Part shown: piece by piece, positions 10,601 through 18,321 of the stretch
Numbering within the stretch: the stretch's first letter is position 1
Layout of the letters: each line of letters opens with the position of its first letter
Virus record (IMG/VR): IMGVR_UViG_3300012953_000206
Coordinates: 1 to 25,278 of that record
DNA: 25,278 nt
Strand: one strand, 5' to 3'
Source of the DNA: a virus
Taxonomy: Duplodnaviria > Caudoviricetes
Program-made: the position numbers and the translations under genes
The notes under the pieces: generated by a model
What the model was told of the DNA's origin: nothing
Databases searched by the model: none
Seen by the model: the letters and a program-made list of their open reading frames with translations, nothing else

Positions 10601-12719
10601 TCTTACTGGTTTTGGTTACACAGAAGCACCTTCTGTGGTCGTTAAAGGCGTTGGAAACGGAGCTGGTGGGTGTGAGATCCAAACATTCATTGAGATTGAT
10701 TCACCCGCCGTTGTAATGGGTGTAGCAATTGATGTATCCGAGGTAACTAACTCCACTACACCAACACACTTTGCATTTGATTATCCAGTTTATTTACAAA
10801 ACGATTATGAATATGCATTGGTGGTAGAAACTGATTCTACTGATTATCAACTTTGGGTTTCTGAATTGGGTGCTACTGACATTGCGACAAGCACTGTTAT
10901 TACTACACAACCATCTCTAGGTTCTGTATACAAATCTCAGAATACTGAAAGTTGGACAGAAAATATTTTTGAAGATCTTAAATTTACTCTTTATAGAGCA
11001 GAATTTGATCTAACAAGACCAGCAGAACTTGTACTTAAAAATAATAGTCTTGGATATGAACTGTTGGATGCAAATCCAATTGAAACAAATGCAAGCTCCA
11101 ATTCTGCTAGTACATCTGTACTATTCAAGAACAACAACGCAGTTCTTAAAGTAAATCATAGAGATCATGGTTTTGAAGATAGTGGAAATTCTTATGTTTT
11201 CTATAGAACTGCATTAGAGACTGGTGGTATTACTGCCTCTAATATTAATAGTAACTTATTCCAAGTTAGTAATTCTGGAGTTGATTCGTATAGTGTTCTT
11301 TCTACATCTCAAGCTGCAGGAAACTCTGTTGGTGGTGGTACTTCTGTATATGCAAGTCATAATAGAAAATTTGAAACTTTATATCCTCAAATTCACTATC
11401 TAACATTCACAGGCACTGTTCTAGATGTTTCTGTAAAAACAACTAATGTTGTTCCAGTAGATTCTAGTACAACTAATTACACTTCATATTCTCAAACTGA
11501 ATATGAAAAAACATTCTTAAATGAACCACATTACTTTACAAATCAGAAGATGATTGCTTCTGATATTAATGAAACTTTGAATAGTATTTCATCATCTCTA
11601 GATTATAAGATGAAAATATCGTCTACTGTGTCTCATTTGAGTCCAATTATTGACCTTTCTAATGCATCTGTTAAAACAATCACTAATAGAATTGAAAATG
11701 CTACTGGTCAAGAGAGTAGATTTGGTAGAAGAGATCAAGTTATTGAATTCTATCCTGTATATCAATTTGATCTTGCTGGTAATGCTGGAACAGAATTACA
11801 AGCTAATCAAACAATTGAAGGTCAGACTTCTAAGACATCTGGAACTATTGCAAGAGTTAATGGTCAAGTTGTATATGTTAGAGTTAAGACAAGTCAATTC
11901 TTCCAAAAAGGTGAGAAAGTAAATCTAGGGAATCAAACTGCATTAACTAATGTTACTGTTGATTCTAATCCAACACAAGTATTTGCATCTATTGCAGATG
12001 CTTCTACTATTGTAGCACGTAATCCTTCTGTAATTCTTGAAACATATGACAATACCATTACTGGTAAAACAGTTATTTGGAATAGTCAGACTCAAGAATT
12101 AACTGCTAGAGTTGATATTAAACCAATTAATGACAATTATACTGATAAGATTGTTGACAATGCTTTATACAATAGAAATTCTGTTGTAGGTGATCAAATT
12201 GCTGATATCTTCCGTATAGGAGACTTTATTAAATATCCAAATCAACCAGATGAAGAAGCTAATTATCTAGAGGTAGGTAAGATTACATATTCAAATGGTG
12301 TTGATTTTGTTTCAGAAGATACTTCTAAGAATGGTTCTGCAATTGCTAAGTATGTAACTAAGGAAGTTGTTATTAACAATCCAGCAACTGCTATTGATGT
12401 ACATCTAATGGCAAATGTTAAGGACATTTCTAATATCCAAGTTCTTTATAAGTTTAAAAAAGCATCTAGTCAAGATAACTTTGATGATATTGATTGGATA
12501 TTATTCAATGGTAATGGACAACCAGATACTTTAGAATTAGCAACTACAGAAAACACAATATCAAGTGTTGTTGAGAAACAATCTTCTTATCAAGATCTTA
12601 AATATAGTGTATCTGATATTGAAGAATATTCTTCATTTGCTATTAAAATTGTCATGCTTGGTGTTGATCCTGCATTCTCTCCTAAGATTCAAGATATACG
12701 TGCTGTTGCTGCATTCTAG
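4620..12719 (+). CDS. vrlC: Large virion structural protein, VrlC / DUF4815-like, 2699 aa
   Basis: The N-terminus MPQKTNLNVNPYYEDFD..KNFYKILFRPGYSIQSRELTQVQSILQNQIESFG, APGAHRLKI, LARRTFDESGDY, RRYTMRDIGKLEKRIERLEYYT, PLAQTF and the C-terminal P.IQDIRAVA match the cyanophage VrlC-like family found after gp8. Confidence 0.82.
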   Translation: MPQKTNLNVNPYYEDFDASKNFYKILFRPGYSIQSRELTQVQSILQNQIESFGKYAFKQGELVIPGEVGLNTKLDYVKLSSVSEVAISEGDDIVYKKYDISQLVGQRLIGLTSGVTATILTTKLATESSADTLFVGYVNSGNSNTETTFRQGETLEVVDGVNTPLLVVGTDGSVLPTSIQITNPDTLEVTSLESPAMGYGSAVKVEEGIYFVNGYFVRNSEELLVIDEYYDKPSAKVGFTIKEEIVTPESEASLYDNSIGSANYTAPGAHRLKISLELKEFALDAITDKNFIQLLNIFRGQVRSKISSTDFSVLEQTLARRTFDESGDYIVDNFSVDVREWAQKDGNKGIYSIDDLNLYNGYDASDAAKKMVASIGPGKAYIKGYEIVNKETKYLEINKARESLSSDNINLKTKGLPTYNITNVFGSVPLNKEGSELTAYPDVFLYSTFNDGSIGLNNTELPTDHRQTIDRRGKTFNTDDGIKTITLQITNTTTLIGAVTDSTFQTQFGELFYVKTRSDLGTPTAVSSFKTLSFATSNKPLINSSESVQFLELTVYGNKSELELLALEYDLSDSEKKRKIYLTSADASAANNEFGFIVDYSEIITPVIGKTKPSNFFLKSRGSGFNSDSDIVISKGRLEAGTSAYNTTFGYSYFDPQFFTKIILENIPAGANSFDEGKYVFGINSSAYGVVEGSSAGVYSTGRILFVKTLSGKFKSGETLRDEDGNTVKIAKDNTISHFVVQNRGLGYAETGVTLLINGLEFDASKIALGQTIAGNIYNATIVNRKAVNIEYAQPPAITVKNPEGASAPGSAAAVVPVLFRNTVTTYTPQNVKSVGCLYGSGNSNSFSADVVVDSQEYSDIKAVTNYTFFGTQGTNFIESTSFSADASVLLQQGDLIQFSDNTNNLVRAVVQYATKQEGSSKSRIYVDTVLPGDVTNTSIVRLRPKVANTNSGTLLFPTGSKQVSQVSVGGDDTKIKYYFRRDFVTTASSGGGTITFAAQLPFGTQRFASFSESNFVITVLDPGDAPNIVKGDILYISEDSVEISSATDTSSGLTSGSISLQLPSTYFGTIPSNGTYPKLKLTATLEVSNAKPRLKTAVRNKRLVIASAGDRIVPFRGSDYDSEVVETLSYSDAFKLRYVYEGTSSQPPNVDSAGNLISGTDVTDRFTFDNGQRDTLYDVSRIVLKPGFEPVVGQLLIAFDYFEQSQGDFCTIDSYLHEAGVPEDEIPSFNSSVHGNLELKNVIDFRPKVDTSAIIPGFLNIASLETTAGSFAGSGAVISSTPAPDFGLDYTFSFSQIQYLDRIDGIFLDKKGSFIVKEGNSSLNPTKPDPIDDAVPLFYAYIPAFTKTTKDVRITPVDNRRYTMRDIGKLEKRIERLEYYTTLSILEQQALNMQVKDEIGLDRFKSGFFVDNFEAHKVGNLQSLDYRCAVDSQQSVLRPQAKEDSVNLEEVNVREDQRSVSGYKKSGDMVTLPYSPLSLLGNSFASKTLNPNPFVVLQYVGDGEISPSVDHWYDQTEEPLVVDTNTDLFNIFLAKENVKESFSSLYNSFVVNWVGTSSSFTTINSLGENNTQQSITSVTSASVASSSNISPQNNEVGKGIQTKSVGESLVSTSLAFFARSVPVRYVVRRMKPNTKLYVFLEGRDISRWVNPDLRFTGIAGNSPSAFNGEITTDEYGNASGLIIVPSGLPPLENATWSGDINTVSYDTSAEEVSVTSGVLTFRFTSSSTNISKEEVDSYTEVKYYATGILPENPSSIVSTKPSYFKSNEGVQLIESNTDNPVRPNPLAQTFKVENLDGGCFVTGVDLFFSKKSDNIPVKAYITNVDAEKPAKNIVPGSEKTLSPNTSLKCSASGNMAVYKGESVTGASSSASGPILKVFDKNNVELVATASGKYSLTNEQVYTVVLSNHNGKSFVQNEDLIIPSVTLANATNATDLVLSIVKDSGKVSKMRIANPGLNYDSAILTIESPQLAGGATATASIEVSGGKIYNAEVSLTGFGYTEAPSVVVKGVGNGAGGCEIQTFIEIDSPAVVMGVAIDVSEVTNSTTPTHFAFDYPVYLQNDYEYALVVETDSTDYQLWVSELGATDIATSTVITTQPSLGSVYKSQNTESWTENIFEDLKFTLYRAEFDLTRPAELVLKNNSLGYELLDANPIETNASSNSASTSVLFKNNNAVLKVNHRDHGFEDSGNSYVFYRTALETGGITASNINSNLFQVSNSGVDSYSVLSTSQAAGNSVGGGTSVYASHNRKFETLYPQIHYLTFTGTVLDVSVKTTNVVPVDSSTTNYTSYSQTEYEKTFLNEPHYFTNQKMIASDINETLNSISSSLDYKMKISSTVSHLSPIIDLSNASVKTITNRIENATGQESRFGRRDQVIEFYPVYQFDLAGNAGTELQANQTIEGQTSKTSGTIARVNGQVVYVRVKTSQFFQKGEKVNLGNQTALTNVTVDSNPTQVFASIADASTIVARNPSVILETYDNTITGKTVIWNSQTQELTARVDIKPINDNYTDKIVDNALYNRNSVVGDQIADIFRIGDFIKYPNQPDEEANYLEVGKITYSNGVDFVSEDTSKNGSAIAKYVTKEVVINNPATAIDVHLMANVKDISNIQVLYKFKKASSQDNFDDIDWILFNGNGQPDTLELATTENTISSVVEKQSSYQDLKYSVSDIEEYSSFAIKIVMLGVDPAFSPKIQDIRAVAAF

Positions 12720-12728
12720 GTTCCGCGT

Positions 12729-12935
12729 ATGGACTATATTAAAGTTAAAGGACATGATGATCTTGTGAGAGACAAGAACACAGGTGCCATAATCAATCTT
12801 GACGATTCTGCAATCACTGCAAGACGTAAGTCAAAACAGCTTGGTTCCGCGTTGGACGACATAAATATGTTGAAGAATGAAGTTTCTGAAATTAAATCAC
12901 TACTTAGAGAGTTAGTAAAAAATGCCATCAATTAA
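12729..12935 (+). CDS. Small hypothetical protein with C-terminal coiled coil, 68 aa
   Basis: Fills the gap between two long genes in the same orientation. KVKGHDDLVRDKNTGAIIN is followed by the heptad-like INMLKNEVSEIKSLLRELV. It overlaps the next gene by 14 nt. Confidence 0.8.
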   Translation: MDYIKVKGHDDLVRDKNTGAIINLDDSAITARRKSKQLGSALDDINMLKNEVSEIKSLLRELVKNAIN

Positions 12936-15900
12936 CGTCGCAAAAACTGATACTTTTGAGAATCAAAGGCAAAAGATTAATCAAATTGGTGATCAAATTT
13001 TTAGCATTAGTCAGGGTGGTAGTGATCTATCTACTGGCATTTTGAAAATTGGAGATGGTACAAAACCATTACCATCATTAGCATTTACTACTGATTCATC
13101 TCTTGGTATTTACAAACCATCACAGGGAGCCCTTGGATTCGTTCATAATTCAAAGGATCTCTTTAATATTTCTAATGATAGTCTAAATTCGTTTAGAAAT
13201 ATTTTACTAACAAGAAAACTTATTGAAACATCTGGTGTTTCTATCAATGCTCCAGGTCAAAACTATGATGATGGAACTTTTGCTAATATTCCGTTAAATG
13301 GTGGTAGTGGAACTGGAGCACAAGCAGAATTTGTTGTTACTAAGTTTACTGGAACTATCACAACAACAGGGGATAATTACGTTCCAGGTCAATATAGTAG
13401 TGTAAGTTTATCTGGTGGAAATGGATCTGGTGCTATTGTAGACTTTAACATCCCATCTATTGGTGGTGTTGTTAGTGTTCCTGGTGCAGGATATATACCA
13501 GGATCTTACACTGCGGTTCCACTTACACCAACAACAGGAAGTGGTGCTGGTGCTATTGGAACTATTGATATTACAGGAGATGCTTTTATTCTTGGAACTA
13601 TTAGTGCTCCTGGTTCAGGATATGAAACTAATAGTTATCAAGCAGTAACTTTATTAAATACTCCCACAACAACTTATACAGTTACTAGTACAACAAATCT
13701 AGGAACTCCTCCACCAGCTAATGTATACCAAATTAATGGTGTTACGCAACAGGCACTAACATTAATAAAAGGAAATTCATATACGTTTGATGTTTCAGAT
13801 GCATCAAATGATACACACCCATTTGTTTTTCAAACTACACAAGGAGGAACATTAGGAGAAAATTATTCTGTAATTACAAAAGGAACTCCTGGCACGGCAA
13901 ATGCTACTGTACAATTAATTATTAAACCAAGCGCACCTAACGAGTCAATTAAATACAATTGTACTGCTCATGATGGTATGGGTGCTGCTGTTACTATTAC
14001 TACTGGTACTGCTGGATCTTATGGATCTGGTGCAACAGCCAACATTACTGTTGACTCTGGTGGTGCGATTACTGGCGTTTCTAACGTAACCCTAGGATCT
14101 GGTTATCAAGTTGGAGATGTTTTAAGTGCTTCTCAACGTGATATTGGTGGTCAGTCATTTGGTGGTTCTGGATTTCAATGGACTGTCAGTAGTTTTGATT
14201 ATCAAGGAACTATTAATCAAGTAGTTATTACAGATTCTGGTACAAACTATCAGTTAAATAATATTCTTGAAATTAACAATGCTGATGTTGGTGGAGCTGG
14301 TGCAGGATTTCAGTATACAATTTCTACGACACCAGGAAAAGTAACTGAATTATTATTCAGTGACAAAGGAACTGGATATCAAGTATCAGATGTTTTAACT
14401 CTACCTGCTGCAGTTTCTACTAGTGGTGAACTAAAAGGAACTGTTGGTCCTCTTTCAACAACTCTTAGCGATGCGAGTGCTACTATTACAGTAACATCTA
14501 CTACTGGAATTGTAGCAGGTATGATAGTATTTGGAGGACAAACAGATACTGGAGCATTAGCTGGTAATACTACAGTAGCATCTGTAGATAATGCTACAGA
14601 AATTACTTTATCTGATATTCCTACTGTCGCAGGTGCAGCAAGTCTTACATTTGAATCTGCAGGCAATTTAGCAGAAGTTGTTGTTGGTTCAAAAAATGGA
14701 CTTTTAATTGGTGCTGTTGTAACTGTAACTTCTGGAACAGGAACATTAGCAGCAAACACAAAAATTCTCAGTATTGATTCTAACAGTAATATTATTGTTT
14801 TAGATAAAAATCCAACACAGGCAGGATCTGCAACATTATCATTTGCTCCTCCATATGGATCTGGTACTGCTTCATTCCAATACACGATTGATGCGTTGGG
14901 TGTTGTTGAGAGTGTGGATATTACTAGTGGTGGTAATGGATATGCGGTAGGAGACGATTTAAATGTTATTTCTACAGATTTAGTAAATCCAATTGTATAC
15001 CCCGTAGTTAATGTAGACGGATATACACACACATTTGTTAGTGCTCCTGCTTCCAGTGCGTTTGCTGCTGGTGATCAGTTAGAAAAATCAGATGGAACAT
15101 CTCAATCAGGTATTGCTGTTGTAAAGACAACTTTAAATGGTGGAAATATTATAGAAGCGGATCTAGAGGGTACATTCCAAACAGGTGATGTATTAAGAAA
15201 AGTGGGAACAACTTCCCCAACCTTTGAAGTAAATACAGTTGCTGCAGATGCAGATTATTTTTACAAGTTAGATGTAGGATCTGGATATACTTTACAACCA
15301 AGTTTTACTTTTTATGTTGGAAACACATATCAGTTTGATCTCAGTGATCCAACAAATTCTACTCACACATTTGCATTAAGTTCTTTCCCAGAAGGAAGAT
15401 GGGGACAAAGTTTAATTGAAAACATTACCGCTAGTTTGTTAACTAGCAATAAACAAATTACAGTTTCTTCTACTACAGGAATTGTAGCTGGAATGGTTGT
15501 TGAAGCTGTTTCTGGTACTGGAACTGTTGATCAATCTACAGTTGTGGAAAGTGTGGATAGTGGTACTACACTAACTTTAAGTGTTAATCCAACTGCTTCT
15601 GGAACTGCAGTATTAAAATTTTATGGTGCAGAATATACAGATGGTGTTACTAGAACAGCAACTACATTAACAATCAAAGTTACAGCAACAACACCAACAC
15701 CTTTATATTATTATTGTTCTACCCCAGATGATAGTCATACTGGAGAAGGTGGATCATCTTCAATTACTATTGATGCAAATAATCCAAAAACTTTTGGAAC
15801 TGGATTTATTTTAGATGTAAATGCTGTTTCTTCATCAAATACAGTAAGCACAAACGTTTTAACTGGTGAAGTTTCTAGTGCAACTGTAAACGCAACTACA

Positions 15901-17775
15901 TCAATAACAACCACACAAGGAAATATTACTAATATTTCCGCAGATAATACTACAACTACAAATCTCGTTGTAGAACAAATTGATTCTTCTACCAATCTAG
16001 AATTAACTGCCTTAAGTTTAAATGTAAATAATCCACTTAATGTTGGAGCTAATTTACAGATAAGTAATACCAATGGTAATATTACTACCACTGGTGTTGT
16101 CAAATCTACAGGAACTTTCAGTTCTTCAGATGTTCTTCAAATTGAATTGGCAGAAATTAGCAGCATTGGTGCTAATGATTTGACTATTGCTCCTGCTGGA
16201 GGAAGAATTGCAAAAGTATCAGGAACCACTGCGTTAGTTCTTCCTGTTGGAGATACTTTAGAAAGACCACAATCACCTATTGCACAAAATGGTGCAATTA
16301 GATTTAATACTGATAATAACCAATACGAAGGTTATAATTCTACTACAACATCTTGGTCTTCTCTAGGTGGTGTTCGTGATATTGATGGCAATACTTATAT
16401 CTTAGCAGAACTTACTGCTGGAGCAAATGATAATATATTATGGTTCTACAATGATGCTGTAAACACATTAAAGTTAACTCCAAATTCCTTAGATTTTACA
16501 GGAGTTAAAACAATCTCTTCTACAAAGTTAGGACTTCCAACATATGTAGAATGGACTGCGAATACTCCAGTAACCCTTGGACAATATATCAAATACAGAA
16601 ATAATCTATATGAAGTAACTGGTGCTGGATCTACTGCTACTTCAGGAGGTGAACCAACACATACAACAGGAGCATTGAACAATGGTACTTCACAATTAAC
16701 TTGGAGTCAAAAAGCAGTTTCATCAATCACATTTGATAACGCTGAAGAAGTTAGGATTGGACCTTTTAAAAATTGTCCTCTGATCATTGGATCTGAGTTA
16801 AAACTGCATGACAATAGAATTTCAACAACGGTTCAAGATTTAATCATTGAACCAAACGCAGGCAAGCAAACAATTGTACTGTCAAATACACATTTTAGAA
16901 TTCCTGCTGGTACTGACAACGAAAAACAAATTGCAGCTGCTGGTCCTGGTTCTATTCGTTTCAACACTGATATTCAACAGTTTGAAGGATACAGTGGTAC
17001 TAACTGGTCTTCACTTGGTGGTGTTAGAGACGTTGATGGCAATACTTACATCATTCCAGAAACTGCTCCTGGTCAGAACGAGAACATTCTGTATTTCTAT
17101 AACAACAATAAAAATACACTTCAGTTGTCCGAATCTGAATTAGATTTTACAAACATTGATACAATTACAACTAGTGGTGGAACAAGTCTTGCTCTTGACA
17201 CAGCAACTTTAACGTTAAACACTAATGACACTACTATTGATAACACTGATTCAACTAGAACATTTATCAGCAGCACAAAACAGTATTTTGATCTGGGATT
17301 ATCTTCTGGATTAAATACAGATCCTATCCTTAGATTAGATGATCAGGGTGATGTTTATCTGAACACAACCTTTGGGTCTGGATCATTTAATGGAGTTAAG
17401 ATTTTTGATGGTGATCTAAAAGAATTTGAACTAGCTGATTATAAACTTAAAACTTCTACATTTACATTGGACAAAGGAGGTTTAGAATCATCCGCTGTAG
17501 TTCTCTATGATAGTTCAACTTCAAAGGGTTGTAAAGTAACTGTAGTTTCTAAATCAGATTCTGGAAAAAGATCTATGGCAGAGTTTTCAGTTATAGATAA
17601 TGGTACGGATATTTTCTACAGTGAATATGCCGCATTGAATACTTCTGCTGATGGATTTGCAGCATCATTTGACTTTACTGCTTCTACAGAACCAAGAATT
17701 ACATTGACATTGACAGATAATCACACTGTTGCTGATATCATTCAGTTCACCGTACTAATTCAGGAAATTAAGTAA
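12922..17775 (+). CDS. Tail fibre-like virion structural protein, 1617 aa
   Basis: N-terminal DTFENQRQKINQIG fibre-type start, Gly/Thr/Ser-rich G.GY modules, a duplicated IRFNTD...EGY...WSSLGG module and a CBM5/12-like insert. It lies within the structural operon. Confidence 0.75.
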   Translation: MPSINVAKTDTFENQRQKINQIGDQIFSISQGGSDLSTGILKIGDGTKPLPSLAFTTDSSLGIYKPSQGALGFVHNSKDLFNISNDSLNSFRNILLTRKLIETSGVSINAPGQNYDDGTFANIPLNGGSGTGAQAEFVVTKFTGTITTTGDNYVPGQYSSVSLSGGNGSGAIVDFNIPSIGGVVSVPGAGYIPGSYTAVPLTPTTGSGAGAIGTIDITGDAFILGTISAPGSGYETNSYQAVTLLNTPTTTYTVTSTTNLGTPPPANVYQINGVTQQALTLIKGNSYTFDVSDASNDTHPFVFQTTQGGTLGENYSVITKGTPGTANATVQLIIKPSAPNESIKYNCTAHDGMGAAVTITTGTAGSYGSGATANITVDSGGAITGVSNVTLGSGYQVGDVLSASQRDIGGQSFGGSGFQWTVSSFDYQGTINQVVITDSGTNYQLNNILEINNADVGGAGAGFQYTISTTPGKVTELLFSDKGTGYQVSDVLTLPAAVSTSGELKGTVGPLSTTLSDASATITVTSTTGIVAGMIVFGGQTDTGALAGNTTVASVDNATEITLSDIPTVAGAASLTFESAGNLAEVVVGSKNGLLIGAVVTVTSGTGTLAANTKILSIDSNSNIIVLDKNPTQAGSATLSFAPPYGSGTASFQYTIDALGVVESVDITSGGNGYAVGDDLNVISTDLVNPIVYPVVNVDGYTHTFVSAPASSAFAAGDQLEKSDGTSQSGIAVVKTTLNGGNIIEADLEGTFQTGDVLRKVGTTSPTFEVNTVAADADYFYKLDVGSGYTLQPSFTFYVGNTYQFDLSDPTNSTHTFALSSFPEGRWGQSLIENITASLLTSNKQITVSSTTGIVAGMVVEAVSGTGTVDQSTVVESVDSGTTLTLSVNPTASGTAVLKFYGAEYTDGVTRTATTLTIKVTATTPTPLYYYCSTPDDSHTGEGGSSSITIDANNPKTFGTGFILDVNAVSSSNTVSTNVLTGEVSSATVNATTSITTTQGNITNISADNTTTTNLVVEQIDSSTNLELTALSLNVNNPLNVGANLQISNTNGNITTTGVVKSTGTFSSSDVLQIELAEISSIGANDLTIAPAGGRIAKVSGTTALVLPVGDTLERPQSPIAQNGAIRFNTDNNQYEGYNSTTTSWSSLGGVRDIDGNTYILAELTAGANDNILWFYNDAVNTLKLTPNSLDFTGVKTISSTKLGLPTYVEWTANTPVTLGQYIKYRNNLYEVTGAGSTATSGGEPTHTTGALNNGTSQLTWSQKAVSSITFDNAEEVRIGPFKNCPLIIGSELKLHDNRISTTVQDLIIEPNAGKQTIVLSNTHFRIPAGTDNEKQIAAAGPGSIRFNTDIQQFEGYSGTNWSSLGGVRDVDGNTYIIPETAPGQNENILYFYNNNKNTLQLSESELDFTNIDTITTSGGTSLALDTATLTLNTNDTTIDNTDSTRTFISSTKQYFDLGLSSGLNTDPILRLDDQGDVYLNTTFGSGSFNGVKIFDGDLKEFELADYKLKTSTFTLDKGGLESSAVVLYDSSTSKGCKVTVVSKSDSGKRSMAEFSVIDNGTDIFYSEYAALNTSADGFAASFDFTASTEPRITLTLTDNHTVADIIQFTVLIQEIK
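13234..15828 (+). repeat. Protein-level nested repeat: four N-halves followed by four C-halves of a G.GY beta module
   Basis: N-halves (G..Y..G.Y..V.L...G.G.GA) start near 13234, 13351, 13465 and 13594. C-halves (G.(I/V)..V....G..Y.V.D.L....G.GF) start near 14062, 14206, 14335 and 14899. Confidence 0.75.
16156..17172 (+). repeat. Internal duplication (about 120-aa conserved unit, 221-aa offset) in the 1617-aa protein
   Basis: GAIRFNTDNNQYEGY...WSSLGGVRDIDGNTYILAE...NILWFYN..LDFT versus GSIRFNTDIQQFEGY...WSSLGGVRDVDGNTYIIPE...NILYFYN..LDFT. WSSLGG begins at 16354 and 17005. Confidence 0.9.
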
Positions 17776-18276
17776 ATGGCTACCAATTTAGAAAAGTTTG
17801 AATCCCTTGGTGGATATTCTGTAGACGAAACAGTCCACATTGATGAGAAGCATAATGCTATGTCTCTCAACTCTATTGAGATGAAAAATCAGTTTTATAC
17901 TGACAGTAAAACAACAAATTATATTTTACGAGGTGTTAATACATCCACACTTCAGTTAGATGCTGTTGGAACCCAAATTACAATCAACAATAACACTGTT
18001 AATTTTGTTACAGGTCATTTTCTTGGTGTTAATCCATCAGGAGTTGTATATTCTGGAAAAATTGAAAGTGCAGTTTACTGTGATGCAGTTGGTGCAACAT
18101 CAGTTCTTTCAAGTATGTTGACAATTATTAAACACGATGTTCCTACTGGTGAATCATGGACAATTGAACCATTCACAGCAACCAATCGTTTTAGTTATTC
18201 TACTGTAAGATCTGGAACTGTACAAACAATTAAGTGGGCAGTATCTACAGAAGTTATTAGTATTGCTTGGGCTTGA
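17776..18276 (+). CDS. Hypothetical (probable virion structural) protein, 166 aa
   Basis: ATG directly follows the upstream stop (TAAATG), with AGGA at 17762-17765. Beta-rich composition and codon usage resemble the neighbours. Confidence 0.8.
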   Translation: MATNLEKFESLGGYSVDETVHIDEKHNAMSLNSIEMKNQFYTDSKTTNYILRGVNTSTLQLDAVGTQITINNNTVNFVTGHFLGVNPSGVVYSGKIESAVYCDAVGATSVLSSMLTIIKHDVPTGESWTIEPFTATNRFSYSTVRSGTVQTIKWAVSTEVISIAWA

Positions 18277-18277
18277 T

Positions 18278-18285
18278 GCTAAATA
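18278..18285 (+). promoter_or_regulatory. Late-promoter-like box GCTAAATA
   Basis: Same 8-mer as 4577-4584, in the intergenic gap 36 nt before the ATG at 18322. Confidence 0.65.
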
Positions 18286-18321
18286 TAATATAGGAAAAAA
18301 GTCAAGAGCACAGGGAACACC

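Noticed and set aside
4620-12719. Intein, intron or homing endonuclease explaining the very long ORFs
   Set aside because: I recognised no intein splice motifs, LAGLIDADG/HNH/GIY-YIG signatures or frame interruptions. The length is explained by structural modules.
14379-15032. 217-aa minus-strand ORF and the other minus-strand ORFs (e.g. 1924-2184, 5693-5995, 15735-16103, 18588-18908, 24792-25088)
   Set aside because: They lie entirely antisense to long genes. Their Pro/Val/Thr-rich sequences are the expected mirror of Gly/Thr/Ser codons, and they have no recognisable motifs.
15028-15045. HTFVSA in the 1617-aa protein, matching the closing motif of the large protein
   Set aside because: It is an isolated 6-aa match without the accompanying YDP.TG, F.C, YPR or VNVG elements, and is probably the first strand of a different module.
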